Shown: positions 45,444 through 54,819, counted from the first letter of the stretch. The stretch is DNA of 64,000 bases from Candidatus Dormiibacterota bacterium (GCA_036561525.1 DATBPD010000079.1:405-64404); one strand, 5' to 3'. Translations and numbers: made by a program. The notes: generated from the sequence alone by a model not told the origin.

Positions 45444-46073
45444 ATGGCGACGAAGACCAGAACGCGTGCCACGCCGCGGATGGAATGGACGGGCAATCCA
45501 GAGGCGGACGCGCTGATCGCGCGGGATCCGTTGGCCCTGCTCATCGGCTTCTGCCTCGATCAGCAGATCACCGTCGAGAAGGCGTTCACCGGACCGCTCG
45601 ACATCAAAAACCGCCTGGGGACTCTCGACGCCCGGGAGCTTGCCGGCATCGATTCGGGTCGTTTCGAGGCCGCCTTCCGCGAGCGCCCGGCGATCCACCG
45701 TTTCCCGGCGAGCATGGCGGGCCGGGTCCAGGCGCTTTGCGCCATCGTCGCCAACGATTACGGCAACGATGCGGCCGCCATCTGGTCGGGCGTCCACGAC
45801 GCAGCCGAGCTGCGCGCCCGCCTGCGCGCGCTGCCTGGTTTTGGCGAGATGAAGGCGCGCATCGTGCTCGGCGTGGTCGTCAAGCAGCTGAATGTCAAGC
45901 CCAAGGGCTGGGAGACGCTCGTGCCCGACTACCCGACCCTCGCCGACGTGCACACCGTGGCCGAACGCGAGGAGTACCAGGCCGGCAAGCGCGCCTGGAA
46001 GGCGTCGATGCGCGCCCAGTCGGGCGGCGCCCCGTTGGGCGGCGCCCCGTTACACCCCAGGCGGCGTGGCTGA
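45444..46073 (+). CDS. HhH-GPD-type base-excision DNA repair protein
   Basis: 209 aa from ATG 45444. Pattern GNPEADALIARDPLALLIGFCLDQQ...AIHRFPASMAGRVQAL...LPGFGEMKARI matches this family by eye. The C-terminus contains a duplicated GGAPL. Confidence 0.65.
   Translation: MATKTRTRATPRMEWTGNPEADALIARDPLALLIGFCLDQQITVEKAFTGPLDIKNRLGTLDARELAGIDSGRFEAAFRERPAIHRFPASMAGRVQALCAIVANDYGNDAAAIWSGVHDAAELRARLRALPGFGEMKARIVLGVVVKQLNVKPKGWETLVPDYPTLADVHTVAEREEYQAGKRAWKASMRAQSGGAPLGGAPLHPRRRG
46023..46052. repeat. 15-bp tandem duplication (GGCGGCGCCCCGTTG / GGCGGCGCCCCGTTA)
   Basis: Read directly, 14 of 15 positions identical. In frame within the HhH-GPD gene, giving GGAPLGGAPL. Lies just upstream of the MBL gene start. 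Confidence 0.9.
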
Positions 46074-46719
46074 CCTCACCGTCCACGAAGCCGGTGGCGT
46101 CCGCATCGTCCGCGTGGGTCCAATGGGCCCGTACGGGAACAACGCGTACATCGTTCGCGACCTCGAGGCGGGGGTGTCCCTCCTTGTGGACATGCCTCTC
46201 GAGGAGGGTCCGTTGCTCACCGCAATCGCAGCCGACGGAGGTGTTCGGCAGGTCATCGCCACCCACTGGCACCCCGACCACTGGGCGACGTACGACGCCG
46301 TCCGTGCCGCCACTGGAGCGCCGGTGCGCGTGGGCGCAACCGAGGTGAACATCCCGAAGGAGCGCATCGACGGCCTGCTGCACGACGGCGACGAGGTCCT
46401 GGTCGGGTCGGTGCGGGTGGACGTGCTGCTGACCCCGGGACACACGCCGGGGAGCATCTCGCTGCGGGTCGGCGGCGCGGTGATCAGCGGCGACACCCTG
46501 TTCCGCGGCGGACCCGGCAAGACGTTTGCCACCGGTGACCTGGAGACGATCATCGCCAGCATCCAGGCGCGGCTGCTGCCGCTGCCGCCGGAGACTGTGG
46601 TCCTTCCCGGCCACGGCGAGCACTCCACCATCGAGTCCAGCCGGCGCGGCTTGGCCGCCTACCTGAGGTCGCCCAAGCCCGCGGGCTTCTTCGGTGACGT
46701 CGAGTGGCCGGCGCGCTGA
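46066..46719 (+). CDS. MBL-fold metallo-hydrolase
   Basis: 217 aa from GTG 46066, an 8-nt overlap with the upstream gene. Motifs: THWHPDHW (HxHxDH), PGHTPGS, LPGHG. Confidence 0.75.
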   Translation: MADLTVHEAGGVRIVRVGPMGPYGNNAYIVRDLEAGVSLLVDMPLEEGPLLTAIAADGGVRQVIATHWHPDHWATYDAVRAATGAPVRVGATEVNIPKERIDGLLHDGDEVLVGSVRVDVLLTPGHTPGSISLRVGGAVISGDTLFRGGPGKTFATGDLETIIASIQARLLPLPPETVVLPGHGEHSTIESSRRGLAAYLRSPKPAGFFGDVEWPAR

Positions 46720-46738
46720 GCCTGTGAGCCCTGACCGG

Positions 46739-46948
46739 TCAGCGGCCCACCAGGCTGAACAGGGTCACTGCGAAGAGCGTCAGGGAGAAGCAGGCGATCA
46801 CGCTGATGCCGAGCCAGTCGCGAAGATGCAGGACGAGCCGGCGGCGTCGCGCGGCGTGGCGCCGACGGCGCAGGATGGCCCGTCGCTCTACGGAGGCGAC
46901 GACCACCGAAGCGACGGCTCCATCGAGTTGTCGAGTCCCTGTGAACAC
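46739..46948 (-). CDS. small tail-anchored protein with an Arg-rich linker (69 aa)
   Basis: GTG start with a strong AGGAGG Shine-Dalgarno sequence 8 nt upstream. Central RRRRHAARRRR segment. C-terminal TM helix ISVIACFSLTLFAVTLFSLV. Confidence 0.45.
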   Translation of the reverse strand: MFTGTRQLDGAVASVVVASVERRAILRRRRHAARRRRLVLHLRDWLGISVIACFSLTLFAVTLFSLVGR

Positions 46949-47085
46949 CCTTTGTGCCTCCTACTGTCCGCGCATTCCTGGAGCGGAGCTGAGCCTTAGC
47001 TTACAGCATCACTATCAGATTATGCACAACTGACCGCTCCATGTCCCCGGGTGGGTCACGGGGAGCGACTGCGGCGATCCTGAGT

Positions 47086-47109
47086 ATCAAGTGCCACTTG
47101 ACACTTGAT
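47086..47109. promoter_or_regulatory. nested palindromes upstream of the merR-family gene (candidate operator overlapping TTGACA)
   Basis: TCAAGTG-C-CACTTGA (47087-47101) is a perfect 15-bp palindrome. ATCAAGTG (47086-47093) also pairs with CACTTGAT (47102-47109). TTGACA sits at 47098-47103, 33 nt before the ATG. Confidence 0.5.
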
Positions 47110-47135
47110 GCTCGAGGCCCGACCATCGCGGGGCC

Positions 47136-47846
47136 ATGCCCGCGACCGTGCACCGGATGCGCGACCTCGTCCGTCTCACCGGGGTGAGCGCGCCGACCAT
47201 CCATTTCTACGCGCAGCAGGGCCTTCTGCCCAAGGCGCGCAAGACGGCGGGCAACCAGGCGCTGTACGCCGACTCGACGGCCGCCCGAATCCGCTGGATC
47301 CGCGTCCTGCAGACTGAGCTGAACCTGTCTCTGCGCAGCATCGCGCGCGTGCTCGAGATGCGCGGTGAGCTTCCCGTCGAGGAGATCCGCGCCCTGCAGG
47401 CGCTCGGCGCCCTGCTCGACGAACCGGACCCCGCCGCCGGGGCGGCCGAGCTTGCCGCGGTCAGCGCGCGCCTGGCGCCGACCGACGTGGCGAGCCTGCA
47501 GCGCCTCGGCCTGGTCGGCTCGACCAGGCCGATCAGCAGCAGCGACCTGCGCCTGCTCGACCTGGTCGCCGCGATGCGTGCCTCCGGCTTCACCGAGGAG
47601 TCGGGCTTCGCCATCGAGAACCTCGCTGTGTATCGCGACGCCGTCGAGCGGCTGGTCGCGGACGAGCTGGCGCGCATCGTCGAGCCGGTGCTGCATCGCC
47701 ACGATGCCCAGACACTGCGCGACCTGGTGCACCGTGGTCTGCCCCTCACCGATCGCCTCCTGTCGCTGCTGCACCAGCGCGCCGTTCGCGGTGAGATGCA
47801 GCGCTGGCTCGACCTCGCCCCCGAAGCCGCCGGCGCCACCGCCTAG
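47136..47846 (+). CDS. MerR-family transcriptional regulator
   Basis: 236 aa with N-terminal HTH MRDLVRLTGVSAPTIHFYAQQGLL. Long C-terminal effector region. Confidence 0.85.
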   Translation: MPATVHRMRDLVRLTGVSAPTIHFYAQQGLLPKARKTAGNQALYADSTAARIRWIRVLQTELNLSLRSIARVLEMRGELPVEEIRALQALGALLDEPDPAAGAAELAAVSARLAPTDVASLQRLGLVGSTRPISSSDLRLLDLVAAMRASGFTEESGFAIENLAVYRDAVERLVADELARIVEPVLHRHDAQTLRDLVHRGLPLTDRLLSLLHQRAVRGEMQRWLDLAPEAAGATA

Positions 47847-47855
47847 GAGAAGGCC

Positions 47856-48932
47856 ATGAGCACTCGCGTGTACACCCTGCCCGTGGAACAGACGCGCTGG
47901 ATCGTCGACGGCGGCGCGCAGACGGTCTTCACCTGGGAGTACGACGAGGGACGCGATCGCCTTCTCAACCTCTATGAGAAGGGAAAGACCAGGCAGTGGA
48001 ACAGTCGCGAACGCATCGACTGGTCGATCGACGTTGACCATGACAATCCGCTGCAGGCGCCTGAGTACTACGTGCCCATCTACGGCAGCGACACCTGGGA
48101 GCGCATGGGCGAGCATGACCGCGCCCAGGTCGTGTACCACCTCGCGTCCTGGCAGTTCTCGCAGTTCCTCCACGGCGAGCAGGGTGCCTTGATCTGCGCG
48201 TCGAAGATCGTCCAGACCGTCCCCGACATCGACAGCAAGTTCTACGCCGCGACCCAGGTGATGGACGAGGCGCGTCACGTCGAGACGTACTCCCGCTACC
48301 TGCACGAGAAGCTGGGCATGGCCTACCCGATCAACGCGCACCTCAAATCGCTTCTCGACGACGTGGTATCGGACTCGCGATGGGACATGACCTACCTCGG
48401 CATGCAGGTGCTGATCGAGGGGCTCGCCCTGGCCGCCTTTGGCCTGATCCGCGACGTCGCCGAGAACCAGCTCGCGCGTGCCGTCACCGCCTACGTGATG
48501 GAGGATGAAGCACGCCACGTGGCCTTCGGCCGCCTTGCGCTTCGCGACTTCTACCCACAGCTGTCCGAACGCGAGCGTGACGAGCGTGAAGAGTTCTGCG
48601 TGCAGGCGTGCTACCTGATGCGCGACCGGTTCCTCGCCCACGAGGTGTGGGAGAACCTGGGATTGCCCGTTGAGGAATGTCTGCGCTTCGTCAACCAGTC
48701 GGAGTCACAGGTGCAGTTCCGCAGCCTGCTGTTCACCAGGATCGCACCAACCCTCAAGGACATCGGCCTCTTCGGTCCTCGGGTACGATCCGCCTTCGCC
48801 GACATGGGGGTTCTCGGCTACAGCGATGTCGACCTCGACGCCATGATCGGCGACGACGAGCGAACCGCGGGAGAGATCGACGCCGGGCGACGCGCCCAGG
48901 TGGAGCAGACCATCGCTGCCGGGACCCCCTGA
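47856..48932 (+). CDS. ferritin-like diiron oxygenase (AurF/p-aminobenzoate N-oxygenase-like family)
   Basis: 358 aa with AGGAGAAGG Shine-Dalgarno sequence. Diiron ligand pattern: HGEQGA, DEARHVE, EGLALA, EDEARHVAF. Confidence 0.6.
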   Translation: MSTRVYTLPVEQTRWIVDGGAQTVFTWEYDEGRDRLLNLYEKGKTRQWNSRERIDWSIDVDHDNPLQAPEYYVPIYGSDTWERMGEHDRAQVVYHLASWQFSQFLHGEQGALICASKIVQTVPDIDSKFYAATQVMDEARHVETYSRYLHEKLGMAYPINAHLKSLLDDVVSDSRWDMTYLGMQVLIEGLALAAFGLIRDVAENQLARAVTAYVMEDEARHVAFGRLALRDFYPQLSERERDEREEFCVQACYLMRDRFLAHEVWENLGLPVEECLRFVNQSESQVQFRSLLFTRIAPTLKDIGLFGPRVRSAFADMGVLGYSDVDLDAMIGDDERTAGEIDAGRRAQVEQTIAAGTP

Positions 48933-48960
48933 ACCGCGCACGAGGAAGATCCACTCTCGA

Positions 48961-49617
48961 TTAGGCGGGGGCGGACCGAGCGATCGCCGCCGCCACACTC
49001 GGGGGAGGCGGCAGGGCGGCGACGTCATCGGGCACCATGGTCGGCAGGTCGAGCCGTGTGGTGATCGGCACAACACCCGACCACACCCGCTTGGTGCGGT
49101 CGGCCGGGGTCTCGACGGGTCCGCCGCTGCGAACCTTGGCGGTGGCGCGATCGATCGGCAACCACACGATCTCGGTGGCACGCAGCTCGGTGGCCGTCGG
49201 CTGCCGCACCTCTGCCCATCGACCCGGGAGCACATGGTTGACGATCGCCCGCAGCGCGTCCAGCTTGCCCTCCTCGTCACGGATGGCGGTGGGGATACCG
49301 AACACCATCGCCGAGCGGTAGTTGATGGAGTGGTTGAACGCCGAGCGCGCGGCGACGATGCCATCGATCGCGGTGATCGTGACGCACACCGCGGCTCCGC
49401 CGGCCAGCGTGCCGAGCATGCGACTCAGGGTCGAACCGTGGATGAGCAATCGCCCACCATCGCGTGCGTGCACGGTCGGCACGGCGTACGGCCAGCCGTC
49501 GACGCTGAACGCGACATGGCAGGTGAGCTGCGAGTCGAGGATCTCGTTGATGACCTCGATGTCCGTCGCGCCGCGCTCGCGATGGCGGCCGTGTTCAAGA
49601 TTCGGATCGACTCTCAT
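48961..49617 (-). CDS. pyridoxamine 5'-phosphate oxidase-fold flavin-binding protein
   Basis: 218 aa. Pattern ILDSQLTCHVAF..DGWPYAVPT...HGST.SR...SINYRSAMVFG...PGRW typical of this family. Confidence 0.65.
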   Translation of the reverse strand: MRVDPNLEHGRHRERGATDIEVINEILDSQLTCHVAFSVDGWPYAVPTVHARDGGRLLIHGSTLSRMLGTLAGGAAVCVTITAIDGIVAARSAFNHSINYRSAMVFGIPTAIRDEEGKLDALRAIVNHVLPGRWAEVRQPTATELRATEIVWLPIDRATAKVRSGGPVETPADRTKRVWSGVVPITTRLDLPTMVPDDVAALPPPPSVAAAIARSAPA

Positions 49618-49738
49618 GCTGTCTCCTGGGTGCGCATCAGCGAGGTCGGCGGAGCGTGCAGGGCATCATTTCAGGCGGCGCGCCGCACGCGCACTCAGGT
49701 CACCTCGTCATCAGGCGAATCCGGTGTCTGACGGCGTC

Positions 49739-49744
49739 TAAGAT
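49739..49744 (+). promoter_or_regulatory. -10 hexamer TAAGAT 9 nt upstream of tRNA-Glu
   Basis: TAAGAT read directly. Confidence 0.35.
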
Positions 49745-49753
49745 GCGCGGCAC

Positions 49754-49825
49754 GCCCGCATCGTCTAGCGGTTAGGACACCACCCTTTCAAGGTGGTAAC
49801 CGGGGTTCGACTCCCCGTGCGGGTA
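49754..49825 (+). tRNA. tRNA-Glu (anticodon UUC)
   Basis: Hand-folded cloverleaf. Acceptor stem GCCCGCA/TGCGGGT. D arm GTCT-AGCGGTTA-GGAC. Anticodon stem CCACC/GGTGG with loop CTTTCAA. T arm CGGGG-TTCGACT-CCCCG. Discriminator A. Confidence 0.9.
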
Positions 49826-49863
49826 TAGCCGGCCATGGCCGAGTGGAGTCCTCACAGGCGACC

Positions 49864-50277
49864 TCAGCGCTGGCGTCTGGCTTCGCGGCGCCCGATGCGC
49901 AGCACGACATCCGGGCGCCCGACCCGGCTGGGCAGCGTCACGGCGACGATCAGGGCGGTCAGCGCGCCGATCGCTGCGGTGAGCACGCCCAGCACCAGGC
50001 CGATGACGGGGACCACGAGGTACCAGCTGTCGTGGGTGCTCTGCAGCGCGTTGACCTGGTTGCCCAGGGGCATCAGCGCGACGCGCATTCCGGTGGTGAA
50101 GCTCACCTGCTGCATCCAGTTGACCACGGCGCCGGCTGCCCATGCCACCACGCCGCCGAGCAGGCAGCCGACGACAAACCCGGGCACGAAGCCGGCAAGC
50201 GCTCCGATGCCGAGCACCCGGCGCATCGGCATCGCGATGACCGTGGCGCTGACGGCAGGCGTGGCCTGATCGGTCAC
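49864..50277 (-). CDS. membrane protein (137 aa, 3-4 TM) translationally coupled to the GH2 gene
   Basis: GTG 50277 overlaps the GH2 stop (GTGA). Helices GIGALAGFVPGFVVGCLLGGVVAWAAGAVV and WYLVVPVIGLVLGVLTAAIGALTALIVAV. Confidence 0.55.
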   Translation of the reverse strand: MTDQATPAVSATVIAMPMRRVLGIGALAGFVPGFVVGCLLGGVVAWAAGAVVNWMQQVSFTTGMRVALMPLGNQVNALQSTHDSWYLVVPVIGLVLGVLTAAIGALTALIVAVTLPSRVGRPDVVLRIGRREARRQR

Positions 50278-52448
50278 GGCGTTGACCCACGTCTGCGCCG
50301 GTATGTCAGGGCAACGGCGACGGCGCTCATCAGGACCAGCGCAAAGGCAGCCGCGTACGCCATCAACAGCCCCAGCGACCGAAAATCCGGGCCCACGGGA
50401 ACCCGGCCGATGCCGCCGGATGCCACAACCGGATTGTCCGGCGCCGGCACCGGGCCGGTGAAGCTGCTCTCGGCGACGGCGGCGACCTCTCGCGGGGTGC
50501 CGTTGGAGTGGAACATGCCGAAGTGCTCGACCGGGTTGGCCGGCTGGTCGGACCAGTAGTCTTGGAGCGACCACCAAACCGCCGCGGCGACGTACCCGTG
50601 TGCACGCGACGTGAGCAGTGGCGAGATCGCCTTCCACGTGTCGGAGAACACCTTGGCCTGCGCGGCTTCATCAGCTGCGCTGTCGGACCACCGGCCGAAC
50701 TCCATGACCATGATCGGTTTGGCGGGGTACGTGGCATGGGCGATGCCAAGCGCCGCGGCCGTGCCGTGCACCGCGTCGGTACCGTAGAACACGCCCTCAT
50801 ACATCGTGTATCCCGCGACGTCGAGATTGCGGCTGGTCGGGTCGCTCGGGTTGGACCCGTACATGGCCTGTCCGGTCAACCTGGTGCCATCCACCTGACG
50901 CTCGGCCTGCGACAGCTGGTCAAGCAGGTTCTCTCGCTCCGCCACGCCGAGGCCCTCGTTGGCGAAGCCGTGGAAGAGAACGGATGGGTGGTTCATGTCG
51001 CGCAGATCCATCTCACGAAGCATCTGCACGGCGATGCCGCGGTCGGCGGCGATGGAGAAGGTCTGCGGCGTCTCGTGGTACAGCGGGATCTCCTCCCACA
51101 CCGCAAAGCCCGTGCGGTCGCTCAGCCGCAGCAGGTTCGGCTCCGCGGGCGCATGGTCGGCACGGATCAGGTTGAGCCCGGCCCGTGCAGCCAGGCGAAG
51201 GACGTCCTGCACTCCCGACGGCGACTGCCAGCGCCCGCCGCGGGGAGAGCCGTCGGCTCGTGCCGGGATGACACTCTCGTTGTGGATCGCGGCGCCGTCG
51301 AACACCACCCGCTGGTCGTTGAGCTGAAGGGCAGGCTGGCTCGAGTCGACGTGGATGGTGCGCAAGCCGAAGGTGTCGGCAAACTGGTCGACCATGGTAT
51401 TGCCAACGTCGACGGTGACCACGAGAACATACAGGGCCGGGTACGTCAAAGACCACAGGTCCGGCTGCCGGAACTCGAACTGCGTGCTCAGCACCTGGAC
51501 GTTGCCCGCCGGGACGTCGACGGGGTTCAGGGTGGTGCTCGCCACCGGGGCAGCACCCGCCGGCACCAGATGGAGCGCGTCGGGATCCAGCCGGTTGGTA
51601 TCGGTGACCAGCGCGGGGAGGACATCGATGTGCACGCTGCTGTTGTCGATGTCGACGCCGCCGCGGTTCTCGACGACGACATCGACGTCGGCGGCGTCCA
51701 GGTGCGGCGTCACGTCGGCACGCACCACCGAGGGGGAGCCGGTGGTCTCGATCCACACCGGGCCGATGATGCCGGCGTAGTTCCAGAAGTCAGTGAGGCC
51801 CCAGGGGACGACGTCGAGGCGCGACCCGAAGGGCGGATCGACAACGCGCACGGCGAGCACGTTGGCGGATCCCCGGTGCAGATGCTGCGTCGCGTCAAAG
51901 GCAAACGGCGTCGATCCTCCCTCGTGGTAGCCGAGCCACGCACCATTGAGCCACACGTCGGCGAGATAGTTGACCGTCGCGAACTTGAGCGTTACCGCGC
52001 CGTCGGGCCAGTCGGTGGGGAGGCTGAAATGGAGGCGGTACCAGGCACCCACCGAGGCGGGCGCGGGAGGCGGGTTGGAACCCCCGGGGACGCTGACAGG
52101 CTGCCAGGTCTGGTCAGCGTACCCGACGGAGGTGCGCCCAGCCGCGGCCTGCTCGATGGCGGGGAGCGACTGATCGCGCGGACTGAAGCTGCTCGCCTGA
52201 TCGAGGGGAATCGCCTGCATCCGCCACCCGATGCCGAGGTCGAGGCGGCCACGCTCCTGGTAGGAGAAGGACGGCACTGGAATGCCCGACTGAAACGCCA
52301 CCGTGCCGCCGGTGACCTGGCGCATGGTCAGCGTCGGGGGCAATTGTGCGACATGTTCCGCATTCCCCTGGCATGACGTCAGCAGCAGCCCACCCATGCC
52401 GATGCTGGCGACCGCAGAGAGCATTCGCAGTGATCGGGGAAGCGCCAT
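50274..52448 (-). CDS. glycoside hydrolase family 2 lipoprotein with a C-terminal TM anchor
   Basis: Start moved to ATG 52448, which has a GGGAG Shine-Dalgarno sequence 4 nt upstream. Signal peptide with lipobox LLTSC. GH2 sugar-binding and TIM-barrel pattern (ADVWLNGAWLGYHEGGSTPF, NLIRADHAP, FAVWEEIP, HGFANEG). C-terminal LGLLMAYAAAFALVLMSAVAVAL + YRRRRGSTP. Confidence 0.7.
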   Translation of the reverse strand: MALPRSLRMLSAVASIGMGGLLLTSCQGNAEHVAQLPPTLTMRQVTGGTVAFQSGIPVPSFSYQERGRLDLGIGWRMQAIPLDQASSFSPRDQSLPAIEQAAAGRTSVGYADQTWQPVSVPGGSNPPPAPASVGAWYRLHFSLPTDWPDGAVTLKFATVNYLADVWLNGAWLGYHEGGSTPFAFDATQHLHRGSANVLAVRVVDPPFGSRLDVVPWGLTDFWNYAGIIGPVWIETTGSPSVVRADVTPHLDAADVDVVVENRGGVDIDNSSVHIDVLPALVTDTNRLDPDALHLVPAGAAPVASTTLNPVDVPAGNVQVLSTQFEFRQPDLWSLTYPALYVLVVTVDVGNTMVDQFADTFGLRTIHVDSSQPALQLNDQRVVFDGAAIHNESVIPARADGSPRGGRWQSPSGVQDVLRLAARAGLNLIRADHAPAEPNLLRLSDRTGFAVWEEIPLYHETPQTFSIAADRGIAVQMLREMDLRDMNHPSVLFHGFANEGLGVAERENLLDQLSQAERQVDGTRLTGQAMYGSNPSDPTSRNLDVAGYTMYEGVFYGTDAVHGTAAALGIAHATYPAKPIMVMEFGRWSDSAADEAAQAKVFSDTWKAISPLLTSRAHGYVAAAVWWSLQDYWSDQPANPVEHFGMFHSNGTPREVAAVAESSFTGPVPAPDNPVVASGGIGRVPVGPDFRSLGLLMAYAAAFALVLMSAVAVALTYRRRRGSTP

Positions 52449-52541
52449 CAAGCTCCCGGTTTTCCTCCGGAACTGATGCGCAGCGACGATCGTGCGAACG
52501 CCCTGCATGTCGGTCATTGTGGCGGCTCAAGTCCCCCGGAG

Positions 52542-52547
52542 TAGTCT
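52542..52547 (+). promoter_or_regulatory. -10 hexamer TAGTCT 6 nt before ATG 52554 (leaderless geometry)
   Basis: TAGTCT-gcgccg-ATG read directly. Same spacing as at dxs. Confidence 0.35.
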
Positions 52548-52553
52548 GCGCCG

Positions 52554-52715
52554 ATGAACGACAACCCGCTCGGGGTGGGCGGATTGCGCCTGCACGACTG
52601 GGCATCTGCCACCCGCAGCTTCGGTCAGGTGCACGGCACACACGGATACGAGTGCGTCGAGCGCGTCCACTCGCCCGCTGTCGCCCACCTGCGCAGCTCC
52701 CGAGTGGCCCGCTAG
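52554..52715 (+). CDS. candidate small His-rich protein (53 aa), not in the ORF track
   Basis: Hand translation: MNDNPLGVGGLRLHDWASATRSFGQVHGTHGYECVERVHSPAVAHLRSSRVAR. About 85% GC3 by hand count. Leaderless -10 geometry. No family recognised. Confidence 0.35.
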   Translation: MNDNPLGVGGLRLHDWASATRSFGQVHGTHGYECVERVHSPAVAHLRSSRVAR

Positions 52716-52794
52716 ACCGAGGTTCGCAGCCTCGCAACCGTCGAGCCCGCCTTCTCTATACTCGGCGGCGTCGTTGTCCGCGTGCGGGAGACCC

Positions 52795-53250
52795 ATGTCC
52801 TTCCGAGAGCTCTTCAGCAAGATGGTCGGCTTCGGCCTCACCGCCGTCGCCCTGATCGCTGGTGGCATCCTGGTGCTGATCGGCCCTCACGCGTACAACG
52901 ACTATCTGAACGTGGCGCTGGGCGTCATCCTGATTCTCTTCGGCCTCGGCGCCGGCGGCTTCGGGACGATGGTCATCGCCGGAGTGCTGCTCGACGACCG
53001 CGCCCGCCAGCGCGAGGAGCGCCTCCACGTGACGCCGCGCAGCGGGCCGCCGGCGCCGCCTCCGCCTTGGGGCATGGGCGACATCGGCAGGCCGGGTGCG
53101 GGAGGCGTGGCCCACGTCGGCGACTCCCCGCGCGGGGGCGGCACGGTGAGCGTGGTCAGCGTGGTCACGCGCAGCTGGGACGGCCCTCTGCTGGTCGTTG
53201 CACTGATCAGCTGGACGATCGTGGCACTGATCATCGCCGCCCCGAGGTGA
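52795..53250 (+). CDS. membrane protein (151 aa)
   Basis: Internal ATG 52795 with GGGAG Shine-Dalgarno sequence. TATACT hexamer at 52757-52762. Two N-terminal and one C-terminal TM helices flank a Pro/Gly-rich linker. Confidence 0.6.
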   Translation: MSFRELFSKMVGFGLTAVALIAGGILVLIGPHAYNDYLNVALGVILILFGLGAGGFGTMVIAGVLLDDRARQREERLHVTPRSGPPAPPPPWGMGDIGRPGAGGVAHVGDSPRGGGTVSVVSVVTRSWDGPLLVVALISWTIVALIIAAPR

Positions 53251-53267
53251 CCGAAGGCCGCACTCCG

Positions 53268-54689
<1,422 letters not shown>

Positions 54690-54734
54690 GTGTCAGCCAC
54701 CACCTCGAACGCTCAGCCGGCGCTACGAGATGGT

Positions 54735-54815
54735 AGATTGCGGTCACCGGGGTGCCCCATGCGAGGCTGAGATCATACCCGCGAACCTGATCTGGGTCAT
54801 GCCAGCGTAGGGAGT
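54735..54815 (+). ncRNA. TPP (THI-box) riboswitch
   Basis: Conserved elements read directly: GGGGTGC (54749-54755), CTGAGA (54767-54772), ACCC, AACCTGATCTGGGTCATGCCAGCGTAGGGA. The 3' end overlaps the GGGAG Shine-Dalgarno sequence of thiD. Confidence 0.9.
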
Positions 54816-54819
54816 GCAC

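Noticed and set aside
52560-52620. GGGTGG and CGACTGGGCA fragments resembling T-box and ZTP riboswitch cores upstream of the gltX operon.
   Set aside because: Only short partial matches. No specifier or antiterminator architecture or pseudoknot partner could be drawn. The region is better explained by the coding-biased 53-aa frame.
52527-52868. 113-aa minus-strand track ORF in the GH2/gltX gap.
   Set aside because: It would overlap the start of the plus-strand membrane protein gene. It has no Shine-Dalgarno sequence. Its third codon positions fall on the first positions of the better-biased plus-strand 53-aa frame.
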